Positions 13,661 to 27,864 of a stretch of 64,000 nucleotides of DNA are shown piece by piece (the first letter of the stretch is position 1; each line of letters begins with the position of its first letter). This DNA comes from Ptychomitrium polyphyllum (taxonomy: Eukaryota): positions 4,588,001 through 4,652,000 of the forward strand of contig OZ316775.1 in NCBI GenBank assembly GCA_973851085.1. The letters run 5' to 3'. The position numbers and the translations under genes are program-made. The notes under the pieces were generated by a model, which saw only the letters and a list, made by a program, of their open reading frames with translations, searched no databases and was not told the DNA's origin.

Positions 13661-13789
13661 TAGGATATCCAGCGCATGTACACTTGATACACTTTAAAGT
13701 GGTGTATCCATCACCCTGACCTGGACAGAGGAGAACAAACTGGGTAACAAACTGAGTGCTAGACCCTGAACCCCACAAACCCTATATCA

Positions 13790-16143
13790 AAACTTGGTGG
13801 TTGACATCATTCAACTCAAGACATATTGATGTCATTTTGGTAGTATTTCAATCCACATCATTATGATGTTGTTTTCACGATTTTCTAAACTATGTCATTT
13901 TGATTTCAAAATGACATTGAATGGATGTTGGGTATGGCACACATTCATGTTGATAGCATGTTCAATGTGAAAATGACCAAAAAAAGATATATAAAGGTTT
14001 TTTTAATCAAAATTGTACACTATTTAAGGTCATTTTTAGATATAAATGTGATATAAGATTACTCATTATCCTATCATATAAAATTATTGGAAAACTAAAA
14101 ATAGGTAAATTGAATCAACTTAACATCACATTTTTGTTCATCATATGTATATCAATGCTATATCAATGTGGTATTCCTTGGCTTAATTTTATATAGTTGT
14201 CTTTTTAATGTTACATTGTATTCTTAGCCTTATATAAATGGACTTGTTAATGGTGTTTTTTAAGCCAAACTACATGAGTAATTAGTACATCAATAATACT
14301 AGTACATGCTACATAAACACTTCATATTTAATAAAATAACTAAATGATAGTTTATTAACAATTACCATAATAAATTTTGGAATATTTGATGGAAATTTAT
14401 AAGATGTTATCTAAAAATATTTTCAAATATAAGCTCTTTGAACTATTAACAAGATTACCTACACTCGATATTAGTTTTTAAGTTATATTAAATTGAATCC
14501 TCACTTCTATTATTCATTTAATTGCAATTCAATAAATGGCATAATTTTTTTTAAATGTCAAAATGTTGTTTTAATATATTTTAATGATTATAACATGTTT
14601 TAGAAGCTAAAAATTATATTTCATCAATGATATTTAAAATTTTATTTTAATTTTTGGATGAATTGCTTAGCAACAGTATGGATTATTTATTTATTATGTT
14701 CTTTTAAAATATGGCAAATGCTCATTTTTGTTTTGATACATTTATTACAAATTTGTAAAATATTTATTTGAAACTTTTATATTTATAAAATTAAAGATGT
14801 TTTAGTCAAAATTAAAAATTTTAACATGAAGAATTTAATATAATTGAAGGACTTTTCAATTATCATTTTTATATAAGTTAATAAAATAAACACCATTCAT
14901 AAAAATTTATGGTCTTAAGCTAATGTTTGCAAAGTGAGTGTATTTATTCCAACTAGCATTAAACATAGTATATACTTTGATGTGTATCAAAGTAATGTAA
15001 TCTTTATACAAAGTAAAATCTAGTTGTCATTTAAAATAAACTTGTAAGCTTCTTAGACTTTAAAGGACTACTTTGATTTAAGATTGTGAGATCAACATCA
15101 AATATATAGTGTTCAAATTTGTCTATGAACAACACTATACAAAAATATTAGCATTCATTTTGATCAAATCTTTGTATATAATGTTCAGAAAGATCTATGA
15201 ATCCTATATTATAAGTGCAAATGATATGACTTCAAAGACTACTTAGTAGAATATAAAGCTTAATGCTAATTTAGTTTATATTGCAACTAATCAATGGACC
15301 ACAAATCTTCTATTAAATTTTTAACTATGTGTAATAAAAGACCAAGGTGGCAATTACTAAATAATTAGTAGATTCTACAATTAAAAACCATTGACAAAAT
15401 GAATTTTTAATAGTAATACAATTAAAATTTTCGATCAGTCTATCAAATGATTTGTAACAAAGTGAAATACAATTTTCATGACATTTCAAAAAAACCAAAA
15501 AGCCATTTTAGAACTATAAATCAATTTATTAAATCTGATGAGTAGCCTCAAATTTGACAAAAGCTTAATGTCAAATATATGGACAAAAGAAGCAAGATTA
15601 ATACAAAAGTAAAATTAGAAAGGAAATTTTTTGACAAAGAAAAAAGAAGCTCAGTCTCCAAAGTTCATAAAAAGAAAGTCTTGGAATTTAGGTCTTTCAA
15701 CCAAGACTTTGAAATTTAAAAATTAATCAATTTTAAAAAATTATTTAATTTAAATCCAAGGATTGAAATCTTTTAGACACCATTTATATTTTCACATTCT
15801 AACATCCTTGTTGTTTAATTATTTTGATTATTCTTTATTTAACCATCATTTTAATGATATTGAATGTGCTTTTTTTCAAAAATATCTTTTATATATTATT
15901 TAATGCTCTTAATATCTTTAATAACCTTAATAAGACAATCTTTAAAAAATATCATAAACATTAAAAGAAATTTTAATGGATCAACTAAAATAAAATCCAA
16001 CATATTGTTATTTCAAGATTATAAATTTGGTAGCTTTATATAATCATGAAAAGAAGAGATTTTGATTGTTGCATTCAATAGTAGAAAATCATAATTTGAT
16101 ACATAATGATATCTTTATTTATTCAAGAGTTTACAATATTCAA

Positions 16144-16194
<51 letters not shown>

Positions 16195-19060
16195 TTAGTG
16201 TTAACTTTTCATAGGCAAATTTACAATGGCAATGTTAAAAAGGTTCAATTTTGACTTTTTATGTCCATACATAATGTTTAGATGTAATATATAGTAGATT
16301 TTTTCAATATATAAAGTTTTTTTGTTGGTGGTTTAAAATATATATTTCAACCATTTTGTCACTTCCACAAGGTTTGAATTCCTAATAGGTATACAAGCTT
16401 ATCATCCAAAATTGGTAGTAATCACCCACAATTACATGTGTTATATAAAGAAGATGTGAACAAATTTATTAACACATAAAATTACTTCTGCTAGAAAACA
16501 TAATATTATTTATTATAATTTAACATCAAAGAGTGACGATGTAACTGGACAAATTTACATGCAATTATAACATTGGTGCACTTAGGTTTCTCCTACTATT
16601 AGTTATAATAGTATGAATGTTACAATCACACTTAAAAAATTGAATTTATTACACTTATACACACCACCCAAAATCTTATTGATTAAAAAACAAATAAACT
16701 TATAGTTTATGACATTGAAACCATTATCTTTTAGCAAGTTAAATATTTAACTTTAGTAAGCACATGGAAATTCGGAATAAAATATTTTTTTCATTATATA
16801 TTTGAGTTTTGATATATATATATAATTAAATTTTTGGATTCAATTATTATCAACATCTCCATCCATCTTTTTCATTGTTTTTGCTAAAAAGTCTACTAAT
16901 AGTAAATTTTATGGCATTGATTTTTTATGCTTTCTTTTTCTATAAAATATATTATATGCTATCCATGTATAATCGGATGGCTTATTATTTTAAAATGTCA
17001 TTCAATTTTAATGGTTATTATTACATCTTATTTGGAATGCAAAATCATGCATGAACAAGGCTTAATTGCTTACGTAATTCCAATTAAAGCTAATGAAGTT
17101 GTTGCTGTTAATATACTTAATGCCATGAAGTTGCAAAAATGTTGAAATACACAACTATGTGGTCAATAGCTAACATTATTGTTGTACACATAGCTTATGG
17201 ATTATACAACATGATGCACTTCATTATAAAGAAACAAGCATGAGAAAGTTATCAATAAATTCTATTATTGTTGAAACAAAATGAAATATAAACACCATGA
17301 AATTTGGCTATCTTTTTATATTGATTTTTTTTAATACATTTAACTTGCTTTTATTTAAATTCTTATTTTTCCCTTATTATTTGATTTAAATAAAAATTCA
17401 TCCAAAACAAGAATAAATGTTTATAGTTTTAAATATATATAAAGCCAAATATATCACGTAAATATTGATTTTAATATCCTAAGAAATTATTATTAATAAA
17501 TTTTAATATACAATTATATGATACTTATATTCAATGAGGAGTTATAAAATAAATCCTTATAAATTCATGGTCTTTTTCACAAATAAATTATAATATTGGA
17601 AATTGTTCAAACTTGTAAATACTTTATTTTGAGCAACAACCACTTCAATATGCCTCATTGAATATTATAGATTACCATTAAATACTCATTTACATCAATA
17701 TTGTCTAATTTGATCATTAATAAATAAACACAATTAAGTAATAAAACCTACATGGTACAATTATGTATTTTAAAATATAAAATGAATGAAATGACATTTA
17801 AATTTTTTTATAGTACCAATGGCTTATAATCTTATTGACTTTTATTAAAAAAATTCTAAGTTACAACAATATATAATAAACCATCTTTATGTTTTAATAG
17901 TGTTGGAATATAAATGTCATTCTTATTTAATAAAATTTATTTATAACTCACATTATAAAAATATTAAATAATGATGTTATTCCTTAAAATTTGGTATTAC
18001 TAATATTCATTTAGAAAATATCTTAATCAAATATATTATTAAAAATTCATGAGCCTTTGCAATATTTTTTAATAATATAATTAGCAATGCATATGCCATA
18101 ATTTATATACTCTCTATATCTTATAATATAATATGTATTATAATTGGTACATTTTATATATATTTCTTTTATAATTCTTAAATAATAATTAGGAAGCATA
18201 AATTAAGGTCTTTAAAAATTGTTGTAAGGATAGGTTAAATTAAATCAAGTTAATTTTAGGAAATATATTAAAAATTAAAAAACTAAAAAACTAAAAATAA
18301 AAAGATTAAATTTAAATCAAATTAAATGTTATAAATCAATTATGGCTTAAAACTTTTTAGTAAAGATTGCATTGTATATATGTTCTTGAACATGCTCATT
18401 TATGTGAAAATAAATTTGCAAGTACAATTATCACCTAGATTGAGTTCTTATTGTTTAAATAGAAGTAAAATTATCTAAATATGAACTAAGGATTGATTAA
18501 GATTCTATAATTTCTACAAGTCTATGTTACTGATTGAGTATTTTGTTGAATAGATACGTATATTTTAAGACTTCAAATAAATATGAATGCATATTTTTTG
18601 TGTTTTGGTTTTAAATTCAAGCATTTGGGTTGTAACAACCTTCTTAAGCTTCAAATTATGATTGAGCTATAATGACAATTTTGGAATTCAATATTTATGG
18701 ATAATAGAGATATGGCTATTGAATGGCTTCATTCAATCATCTAAAAAAACTATTATAATACATAATTCAATTCACTTGCAAGTTCAAAACTTGCACTATA
18801 ATTCCACTTGTTGAATCAATGTTCACCACTATTACAAGCTCCATTGATACTAGAAAAAACTACATCACAATATCGTTAATTTCTAAAATCCAAAACTACC
18901 AAGTGTACATACAAAACCTCACCATAATAATTCATGCAATTATATATTTTTCCATGCTCAAACACCAAATTTATGCACAACTTCACCTTCATTAGCACAA
19001 GAAACATAAACATATGAATTAACTACAGTGACACAGAGGCAACCTATCATAAATATCTCA
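13790..19060. other. Very AT-rich block, probably decayed repeat or heterochromatic DNA
   Basis: Abrupt drop in GC, almost no CpG, only one ORF of 60 aa or more in 5.3 kb. No element ends identified. Boundaries are approximate. Confidence 0.6.
16147..16190. repeat. (TA)22 microsatellite
   Basis: Uninterrupted TA run. Confidence 0.95.
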
Positions 19061-19767
19061 TTACCTTAAAAAATGGTAAATGACCATGTAAAAATTTACA
19101 GGATCTGGAGCACAATGAGCATAGCATGAGTTTAGAATTGCCTTGAAAATGGATGTTTACTATTTGAATGGTAAACAGAAGCTGTTGAAGGAAGCCTGAG
19201 GTACTGTGGTAATATGGCTCCATCTACTAGTAGGGGGATGTTACCATTGTATCGCATACATCGTCTCAAATAGTATAGTTTACTTAGTTTACTTAGTGTC
19301 ATGATTTTTATGGCTGGTTAGTGATGTTTATTTTTGTTTCTTCTGTGTTTATTCAGACGTGCAGTTAATCTCCGACCTGGTGCAGCTCCTTCGATTCTCC
19401 ACTTTGGGGACCAACTAAAAAACACCTGAATGTTATCTTTCGTTTGTAAAAGCTCTGTTCAATCTGGATCATGTGAGTTTCGTTGTATTACGTCTTCCAA
19501 GAAACTCGGAGATATTGAACGGGTGCCGACAGAGGCGGTGAGTGTGGAAGTTATTGGTATAGCATTGTAAGGGTCCGGAAGTATTTCTCAGAGTCGTCTT
19601 CAATGCAAAAGTTTGTCGCCCATACATGGGTGCCTCCATGTAGAAGCTTCTGCCTTGAACAATGCACTAGCAGTGAGAGACACTCACCATTCTTTTACTG
19701 TGCAGGGAGTTTAATGCAAATACCGAGAATCACAGATGGTACATGTTCTATCGGTACAGAGCTGATC

Positions 19768-22539
19768 TTAAACCTGGAACTTCGAAGTGGCGGGTGTGGC
19801 ATCACCCTGATGACTATCATTGCCCATGGACGACACAGATCTCTGATCGGTGCGGAGGCTAGAGCTGCAATGAGCATAGGTCGTGGGTCGGAGAGGCCGC
19901 AGGAGGGTGGGTCTAGAGCTGCCAATGCTGTTCTCATGAGCCATAGGCAATGAAAGACGCTTCTTGGAAGTGCATGAGCTGTTGACGTTATCCGGCGTCC
20001 CTGGTCGCTGCTTGGGTGTGCTGTGAGAGCGCACTTTGGCTTTGGCAGACTGCGTTGCTTGCATGTAGTTGGGGATCGAAGCTGGAGAGCAGCTCACAAA
20101 TCTTTTGTCGTCATGGCTCTTCACAGACCCTGCATGGCTGTAGCCATAACGAGAGCTGTAGCGCGTTGGGTCGATAGGCGTGGTGGTCGACTTACCGGTC
20201 ATGGAGACCTGGCTTCCAGCTTCTTCGATGTCCTCTCTTCGAAAGCTGGCGTGAGGACTTGCTGAACGGATGAGCACCGGTGAGGCTTTGTAAGTCGAGG
20301 GTGGGGTTACAGGAGCGTGTTGGCTTGATATTCTCTTCATACTGTCAGGGCTGTGGCTGTGGCCATGGCCATTCGCATAGGGGGTAGATATAGCTGGGTT
20401 GCTGCGAGCGTAACTTTTAGGACTGATTCTCAAGCCTGACATTCGCGTGCGAGCTGCAGATGATGCTGGCTGATTTCGGTAAGCTGAGCTTAGTTGTTTT
20501 TTGAGTCGAGGATCACCACCTGCTTTTATGTGTACATTGGGGTGATCCTTGATGAAGCAGCCGTCGGAAGCGTCTTTGGATACTGAAGTGCTGTCGATGA
20601 CGTGATTCTCCCATGGCCGCGCTGCCATCCATCGCTCCAACCAGCGCCAGCCCCAGTGAGGTGTGCCTGGCTCGCAGTCTATGTACAGCTGTGACATCTG
20701 CTTTGAGGCCGCCTTCAACAACTGTCAGTACAAGAGTACCCGTCATATCACCCCGATCGTTTACAATTACTCCAGTTTTGACTTGAAATCGAACAGTTTT
20801 CAAGGCGCGGTGCGAGTACGAGCTGACAACACTGACTAACAACTAATCAGTGGAGGATGACAAGCCAATCGCTGGACTCTCAGTAAAGGCACGAACACCT
20901 GTGCAGCTGGGATATTTACAGAAAGCTATTACTAAACTACTGAAGTTGATGAACGAAATCCACCACAAAAATGCATTACTCTTGTATGTACGTAATTTGA
21001 AGTCTATAGTAGAAGTTTACCTGATGTGAGAAAGCATAAGCCAATGCTCTTTTCCTTTTCAAGACGGCATTTTGTTTGTTCTGCAATTTCACTTGAATCT
21101 CCTCTGCGGTCTGAGTGCTGTCATCCCAGCTTCCGTCCTACCATTCACAGTTTAAGTGGGTGATGAATTACATGGTAAATGGAATGCAAACTTTCCATTT
21201 ACATTCATTGAGGGTGGTCACCCTTACAGTGCTAGAAGATGCACACTTATATTAGGTCTTAAAATGCTTTGGCATTATCTAAATTGATACCGCGGTTAAC
21301 TAAATTTCCCATAATTCAACCTTCAATTCAGTCTTGAATCAGTTGCAAATTGTTTTGAGATTGCTATGTGTGTGTTTGCGATTGTGCATACCGCGGATCT
21401 CTTGGGGCAAGAATATTGTTGCCTTCGTTCCTGTAATTGCCTCTGCACAGCTTGGCCTACATCCGACATACGAACTCGCCGTGCACGAACCCGGGCCTGC
21501 ACCCTTACCAATGCTTGCATGCAACGAAGTGTTATAGTTGCTTGTCGACGCACCGTATGTCCCCGAACTAAGGCTTGCAATCGTACTAAACCTTTGAGAG
21601 CTCGTAACGCTCGACGTGCCTGCAGGGTAAGCCAAATTTAAAAGTAATATCCTAGTTATAAAGAAACTCATCACGTATTTTCGAATGCTCCAGGTACATG
21701 AACTTCTATTCTTGTCCACTCTCACATTAAATAAATCCCTATCTTAGTTCCTGTTATAAAACCTCTGTCAAGTCATGAAAGAAATGTTTAAGTGAAATAT
21801 GTTATTATGCTGGTTCCTAAGTGGCGGTACCGTTAAATCTATGAGAAAATGTTAGCAAGAGATAGGCACTCAGCAGAGCACGGTGCTTCTATATTGTGTT
21901 TCAAGAATGTAAACAACCGCTTTTATGACAAATTTCCACAGGCTCTCACGACTTCACTTAAAATTGTAATTGGTGGGCATAATGGTCATGGAAAAAAATC
22001 TAATTAGAGCTAATGTAGTGTAAGAATGAGTATATACTTTGCACTGTTGCATACCAGATATGCTCGAAACACTGCTTGTATTCTGATGGCTGCCAAGTCT
22101 TCACGAGAGTTCGTGTGTTCCCCGATGTGGTGTATTGGAGTGGCGTTGCAGCTGGTTGCGAGAGACATATCCGGCGTTCGGTAGGTGATCTGATCGTGCT
22201 TGCTGTAGGGATTTGGGTCCTGCTTCTCTGCTGCATGATCCTTTGATTCGGTGCAAGACGGCTGATGCGATGACTTGCCAAAGCTCCATCTCCTCCTGTT
22301 TTTGGATTTAACCTGTCAGCGAAAAATATCAAATCTGTTTGCTGGAGGACAACATTCGAGAGCACTTTACAGGAACACTTAGAAGGGAAGATGAAGCTTA
22401 CTGGCACTTCAACCGACTCTCTAATTCTTGGGACAATTTTGATGACGTCCTTCTCCTTTTCATTGTCTCTATCCTTGTCCTTTGAAGGCGACCCAAATGC
22501 TTTTTTGACAGCACTGAACCATGTTTCCTTTTTCCCCAT
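19768..22539 (-). CDS. IQ67-domain (IQD) calmodulin-binding protein, 5 coding exons
   Basis: Exons 22539-22402, 22312-22055, 21619-21392, 21137-21021 and 20721-19768, all phase-0 GT-AG. MGKK..WF start, [10 protein letters not shown]67 ([34 protein letters not shown]...[12 protein letters not shown]), [33 protein letters not shown], and DUF4005-type [16 protein letters not shown]. The exact 3' end is less certain. Confidence 0.95.
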
Positions 22540-25500
22540 TTTGTGTCGACTTCAGCTACAGATACCTATATGCCAAATCTCTGACATTAGAAGATAGAAT
22601 ATTGTATCATACTAAGGTGAAGCACGGCTAATAGTACTGGAGTTCAGTGCGTCAAAATTGACTAAAAGTAATAAATAGTTTCATAGAACACCGTCCTAAT
22701 TGATTGTTTTACTACAGCTCTGCAAGCCAGTGTACCTCCTTTCGGCAAGTTAGCTTCACATACAGATACCGCTAAGGCAACAACGGGGTGGTGAAAATGG
22801 GATGGAATGGCACCAAACACTCAGTACAAGAAGTCAAGATAAATAGACGAAGTGGTTAAAATCTGCACGAAAGGCAGAAGGAAATCTTTGTTGCATATTC
22901 TAGACTGGTACCTCTATTGACTTTTGACATGTATAGCTCTGTAGGCCATCGAAAAACTGCACAGTAAGTGGGAAGAAAAATCAGAAGAAATATGACGTTA
23001 AGTCACTAAACTCGAGATTACCTATTTCGCCTGGAAATCTCAAGTCGCTCACAAATTCAAAATTCAACACTACTGTAATTTCAATGTAAGATTGGCGTTT
23101 CTACACAATAAAGCAGAAATTTCAGACGCACAACACTAACGATAGCGTCAACCCCACATCATATACACTCGCCGGCTCACATAATCAACAATCAGATTAC
23201 TTTTGCAAGCAGAGTGTGTCCTAGCATAGACAGATTCAGTACTTCGCCATATGCCACCCCAAACCATGACTCTTCCGTGCTCCAGGAAACATTCGGCACG
23301 GGCATACAGGGATTCAAGGGAGGAGTCTGTGCCTGAGGCAGGATAGTGTGATAATAGAAGAGCCAAACATGGGGACTTATCACGACATCAGAACAAGTAA
23401 ATCTAAAAAGTTGACAAACTAGAGAACAAGAATGGACATGACCAGCTACACAATGGGGAGCAAATAGCACCTCAAATGTATGCAATTCGTTGAAGATCGC
23501 CCTCGAGATTTCCTTTCTGACAATTGCAACATAGTGTCTCCCTCACAAGCATTACTCTGCTAAAAGAAACTCTCCAACTCCACGCGTTTTGAAAGCGTTT
23601 ACTGAACACTACTTGTCATTACCCACTATAGGACCAAATGCTGCCCCAGAGCTCCTGTGCTACTAATGTTCAGTGCCTGATCCATCGCAGGCATGGTAAA
23701 GTCCTTCCCTCTCTTCCATTAGAGCCTCTGGGGTGAACCGAGCTGACGAAGCGCCGTGAAAATCCAACTGTGACATTGACAATGGCTGGCAAAGCAGGGC
23801 CAGAAGGTGTGCTCCACAGAGGAGGTTCACAGAAGATAATCCTCTCGTTTCTTCAAGAACGAGTCGTCCCCCGAAATGCTTTAAAGTGTTTCTCGAATGG
23901 TAACACGCAGAAGGAGGTTCGCTGCAGAGAATACCTATACTGATCAGATCGGAGTGAAGGAAGCGGTCTCCAGTGACGACAACCGAAAGAACCTATCTTC
24001 AGGACAGTTGGAGAGGAAAAGAAAGTGCAAACAGACAGCCGTGACTTTCTTGCTTCTTGAACTGAGGACTTCACAATGTAGGGCATGTGCTAGCCGTGCA
24101 ATCAATTCTGCCACTTCTGCACAACGTACGCATGTCACACACGTCTGCAAATGCGTGGACAAGCAGGAGATCGAGCATCAATACCCCAACTGCGACACAA
24201 AAAAAAATACGCTGGCTTCTCAGAGTACTAGTACCACCCATCGACAAGAAAGAGGAAGAAAACCATGGCAGGAGGGTAGAAGGCTCAAAGCTCCCTGATG
24301 CGAAAGACGTCTCCAATGCCGGAACGTCCAAGGCCCAAACCTAGCAGCAGCTATAACTACGTACATTCTCCCGTCTCAAATAGTATTCCCTCCGCACACT
24401 GTTTGAAAATACCAATCACCTACCCCTGAGAAAGTCGACAACAGGTAATCGACAACAGTACTCCCACGCGAAATGAAGAAGAAAACGACAATTACAGTAC
24501 TCTTAATCTTAAGCAATCACACTGAGCTAGTAGGTCACAAAATAGGAGAGTTGAACTGAGTTACTCAGCTACTCAGCTCATCTACCTCCATAGCTAGTTC
24601 ACGAAACATTCATTACTCTACCGTATCTTCTCCCTTTACCACACAAGTTACACCCGATCCAAGCTTCCTACCCACGCTAGCAGAGGGTATATTAGACGTG
24701 GGAAGGTAAACCAAAGCTCCTAGAAATTTTCCAGCTAGAAACTGGTTGAAGACCTCTTCGCACGGCATCGACAAACCCTGAAGATAGCGTTAGCGTGCTG
24801 ATAAACGTTCTAGTAGTTAGTACTGATCATAGTACAACGCACAACAAGGACGTCGTAGTCGTGTGCAGGGGAACCAGGGCAGTATCAGAGAGAGGAAATA
24901 CGTACAGTCCACGTTTCAGGTAACAAATGAGGACTCAGGAACGACAAGAGATTTGCGATCTATTGATCAAAGGGTTAAGTTAAGTTTTGACTTAAGCTGA
25001 AAGATGAGTAGTATAACCTCCGGCATACGACAACACTGACTGACGCGCCTCTGACAAGACAAAGACTACACCACTTCCGCGCACAGAGAGTTTCCAGCTT
25101 GATCTAGAATACTAGAAGTCTGTCCCAACTTGCCAAGAGTGTGGTGTTGTGAGGGGCACTTTCCTGTCCAGTTACTTGAAGTAGCAACATCAGTAACTGT
25201 GATTCTACTCACAACGTACTTGAGCGTTGTTGCTGTTGAATGAACTACTGTTTCTTTTTTATTGAACGATCTTTGTATGGAAAGAAAGGAATGCATACAC
25301 ATTTTGAACCGTTGTCTTTGGCCATTGTGTGAACAAGTAGTGGCTGTTTTGAGACTGGATCTTTTGGAACTTGGCCCCTTTATTTTAGGGTGGCAAATCT
25401 GTACTACAAATTGTTATGATATGTGTATATGTGGAGAGATGGAGAGTTTTAGGGGGAATCATGTAGAACAAAATGAAATCAGATATGAAATCAATCTAAA

Positions 25501-26039
25501 AACGTTTTAGATTATTTTAAAACTTTCGGTTTTTAGAAAGTACATATTTTTAGTTTCTCATAACAATGAGGTTTAAATGTGATATTAACATGTTTTTTTT
25601 GTAAAATATTTGGAATTAAAGTAGTGTTTAAAATCTTCTTATAGATAAAAACCAAATACTAATTAAAACATGATTTGGATTTCTTAACTACAAAAAGTTA
25701 TTTTCAATTTAAACTATCAATGCTAAAACAAGTTAAAGAATATTAGATTTAGTATTTAAGTTAGGTTGATTGAATGATATATTTAGAATGAATATATTTA
25801 AAGTAATTTAAAATAGAAGTAAATGAAATATATGAAATGTATTCAATATATATAAGTTTTTTATAATTTTTGGTTGTTTTTGTTAGTGACCATTTTATAA
25901 TATTACAATTGTAGATATAGAAAGAAACCAAGTGCAATTTTTGTGAAGGATTAATATATTTGTTAAGGTGTCAATTATTAATATCAAAGAAATACAAACA
26001 TAATACTTTAAATACATATAGAATATAGTAATTTATTTA

Positions 26040-26690
26040 ATATAATTTCTATAAAGATTAAGGTAATATTTGTGGTGCTAGTATTCATTACTCAATTTAG
26101 ATTATTCAAATTTGTGGTATATAAGAACATTTCTAAGCAGAGTCTTTACCATCTTCTTTTGATAATTAAACAAAACAATAAGAGACAGACTATAGTATAT
26201 TAACTTATACTTAGAAGATTTGCAAATTATACACGTAAAAAATTTCAAGACTAATACTTAAATTATGATTTAAAATATAGTTGTAATAGTAGAAGCCATG
26301 CAAGAGATTTAAATTGAATTCATCACACTGATGGTGTAACTATGGAATTACTTTTTATTTACATTGGAATAGAAAGACATTACAATTATAAAAATATAAT
26401 GCATATGCCATCATTGTTGACAATTATCTTTGTGTGCCACCAAATAATGAACAACACTTTTAAAAACTCTTGCAAATAGACCTATTGGAGTACCTATAGA
26501 TGCTATGTTCTTTGATTTTATGTTATATTTAAGTGAATTTGCAATACAAGAATTCTTAAATCTTGCATGTAAAGAAAAACTCAACCATGCTTTATTGGTG
26601 GTGGAATATAATATAGAAGGCAGGATTGATTATTGGATTTTAGAAAATTCATGGAAAAATAAGTGGATAGAAAGGGCATATTATCACAGA
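26040..26690 (+). pseudogene. Decayed intronless papain-like (C1A) cysteine protease
   Basis: Collinear fragments: D*GNICGA (QG.CGSCW region), VDNYLCVPPNNEQ, LANRPIGVPIDA..DFMLY and CKEKLNHALLVVEYNIEGRIDYWILENSWKNKW..RAY (compare LNHAVLVVGYG...YWIVKNSWG..WG..GY). Many stops and frameshifts. The 5' limit is approximate. Confidence 0.8.
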
Positions 26691-27864
26691 CGATTGTACC
26701 ATTGAGTTGTAAGAAGGAGTCCAACCACTTTTTTGACTTATTTATAATCTATCACAAACAGAGGTGGCTACTTTGAAAGAATTTATTGATGAAAACCTTA
26801 GAAAGGGTTTCATCTAATATTCTAAATCACTTGCTAGAGCATCCATTTTATTTGTAAAGAAGAAAGATGGATCATTACGTATGTGTGTGGACTCTTGAGG
26901 CCTCAATAAAGTGGCCAAGAAGATTTATTTTTTATTATAATTGATCTCAAGGCTCCTACAAAAATTGAGTCAAGCAAAGATATTCACCAAGATTGATCTA
27001 AAAGGAGCCTACAATTTCCTACTTATAAAAAAAGGAGACAAATGGAAGATAGTCTTTTGCTCTAGGTTTGACTATTTTGAATACAATGTCATGCCTTTTG
27101 GCCTTACTAATGCCCCTGCAGTCTTCCAATACATGAGGAATGATATCTTCCATGAACACTTGGACAATTTTATAGTTATATACTTTGATGACATTTTAAT
27201 ATATTCACAAGATGAACAAGATTACAAATGTCATGTGCAACTGGTCTTAGAAAAACTCTGCCAGCAAGGATTATATGCCAAATTGGAGAAGTGTCTTTTC
27301 CATGAATCTTCGGTTGAATTATTAGACTACATCATTTCCAAATGACAAATACATATGAATGAGAAGAAAATAAGCACTTTCATGGAGTAGAATACGCCAA
27401 GATCAATTTGAGATGTTCAATGCTTCTTAGGATTTGTAAATTTTTACAAGATATTCATCAAGGACTATTCCAAGATTGCAGCACCATTGACATGTCTTAC
27501 GGGAAAGCAAAATTCAGTTGGAATGAAGAGGCAGAAACAACATTTTAAGGTTTTAAGAAGTCATTTACGTTGGCTCCAATCCTTATTCATCCAAATCCAT
27601 CAAAGTCTTTCTATTTAGAAGCGGATGCCTTGGATTTTGTACTTGGCTCAATACTCTTACAATGTGATGGAGACAGGAGATTCTACCATCTTGCCTTTTG
27701 TTCAAAAAAGTTCTTAGCGGTAGAAATCAACTATAATATATATGATAAGGAAAAACTTGCAATTGTAAATGCGTTTGAGGAATGACAATACTTGATGGAA
27801 GGAGTTCAACATACTATCACAATATACATAAACCACAAGAACTTAGAGTATTTCATGAGTGCAT

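Noticed and set aside
16400..16440. Minus-strand HVIVGDYYQ resembling a PIF1/Helitron helicase motif
   Set aside because: A single short match with no other helicase motifs nearby; compatible with chance.
23148..24344. ORF cluster upstream of the IQD gene
   Set aside because: No recognisable protein features. Probably IQD 5' UTR, intron and promoter sequence.
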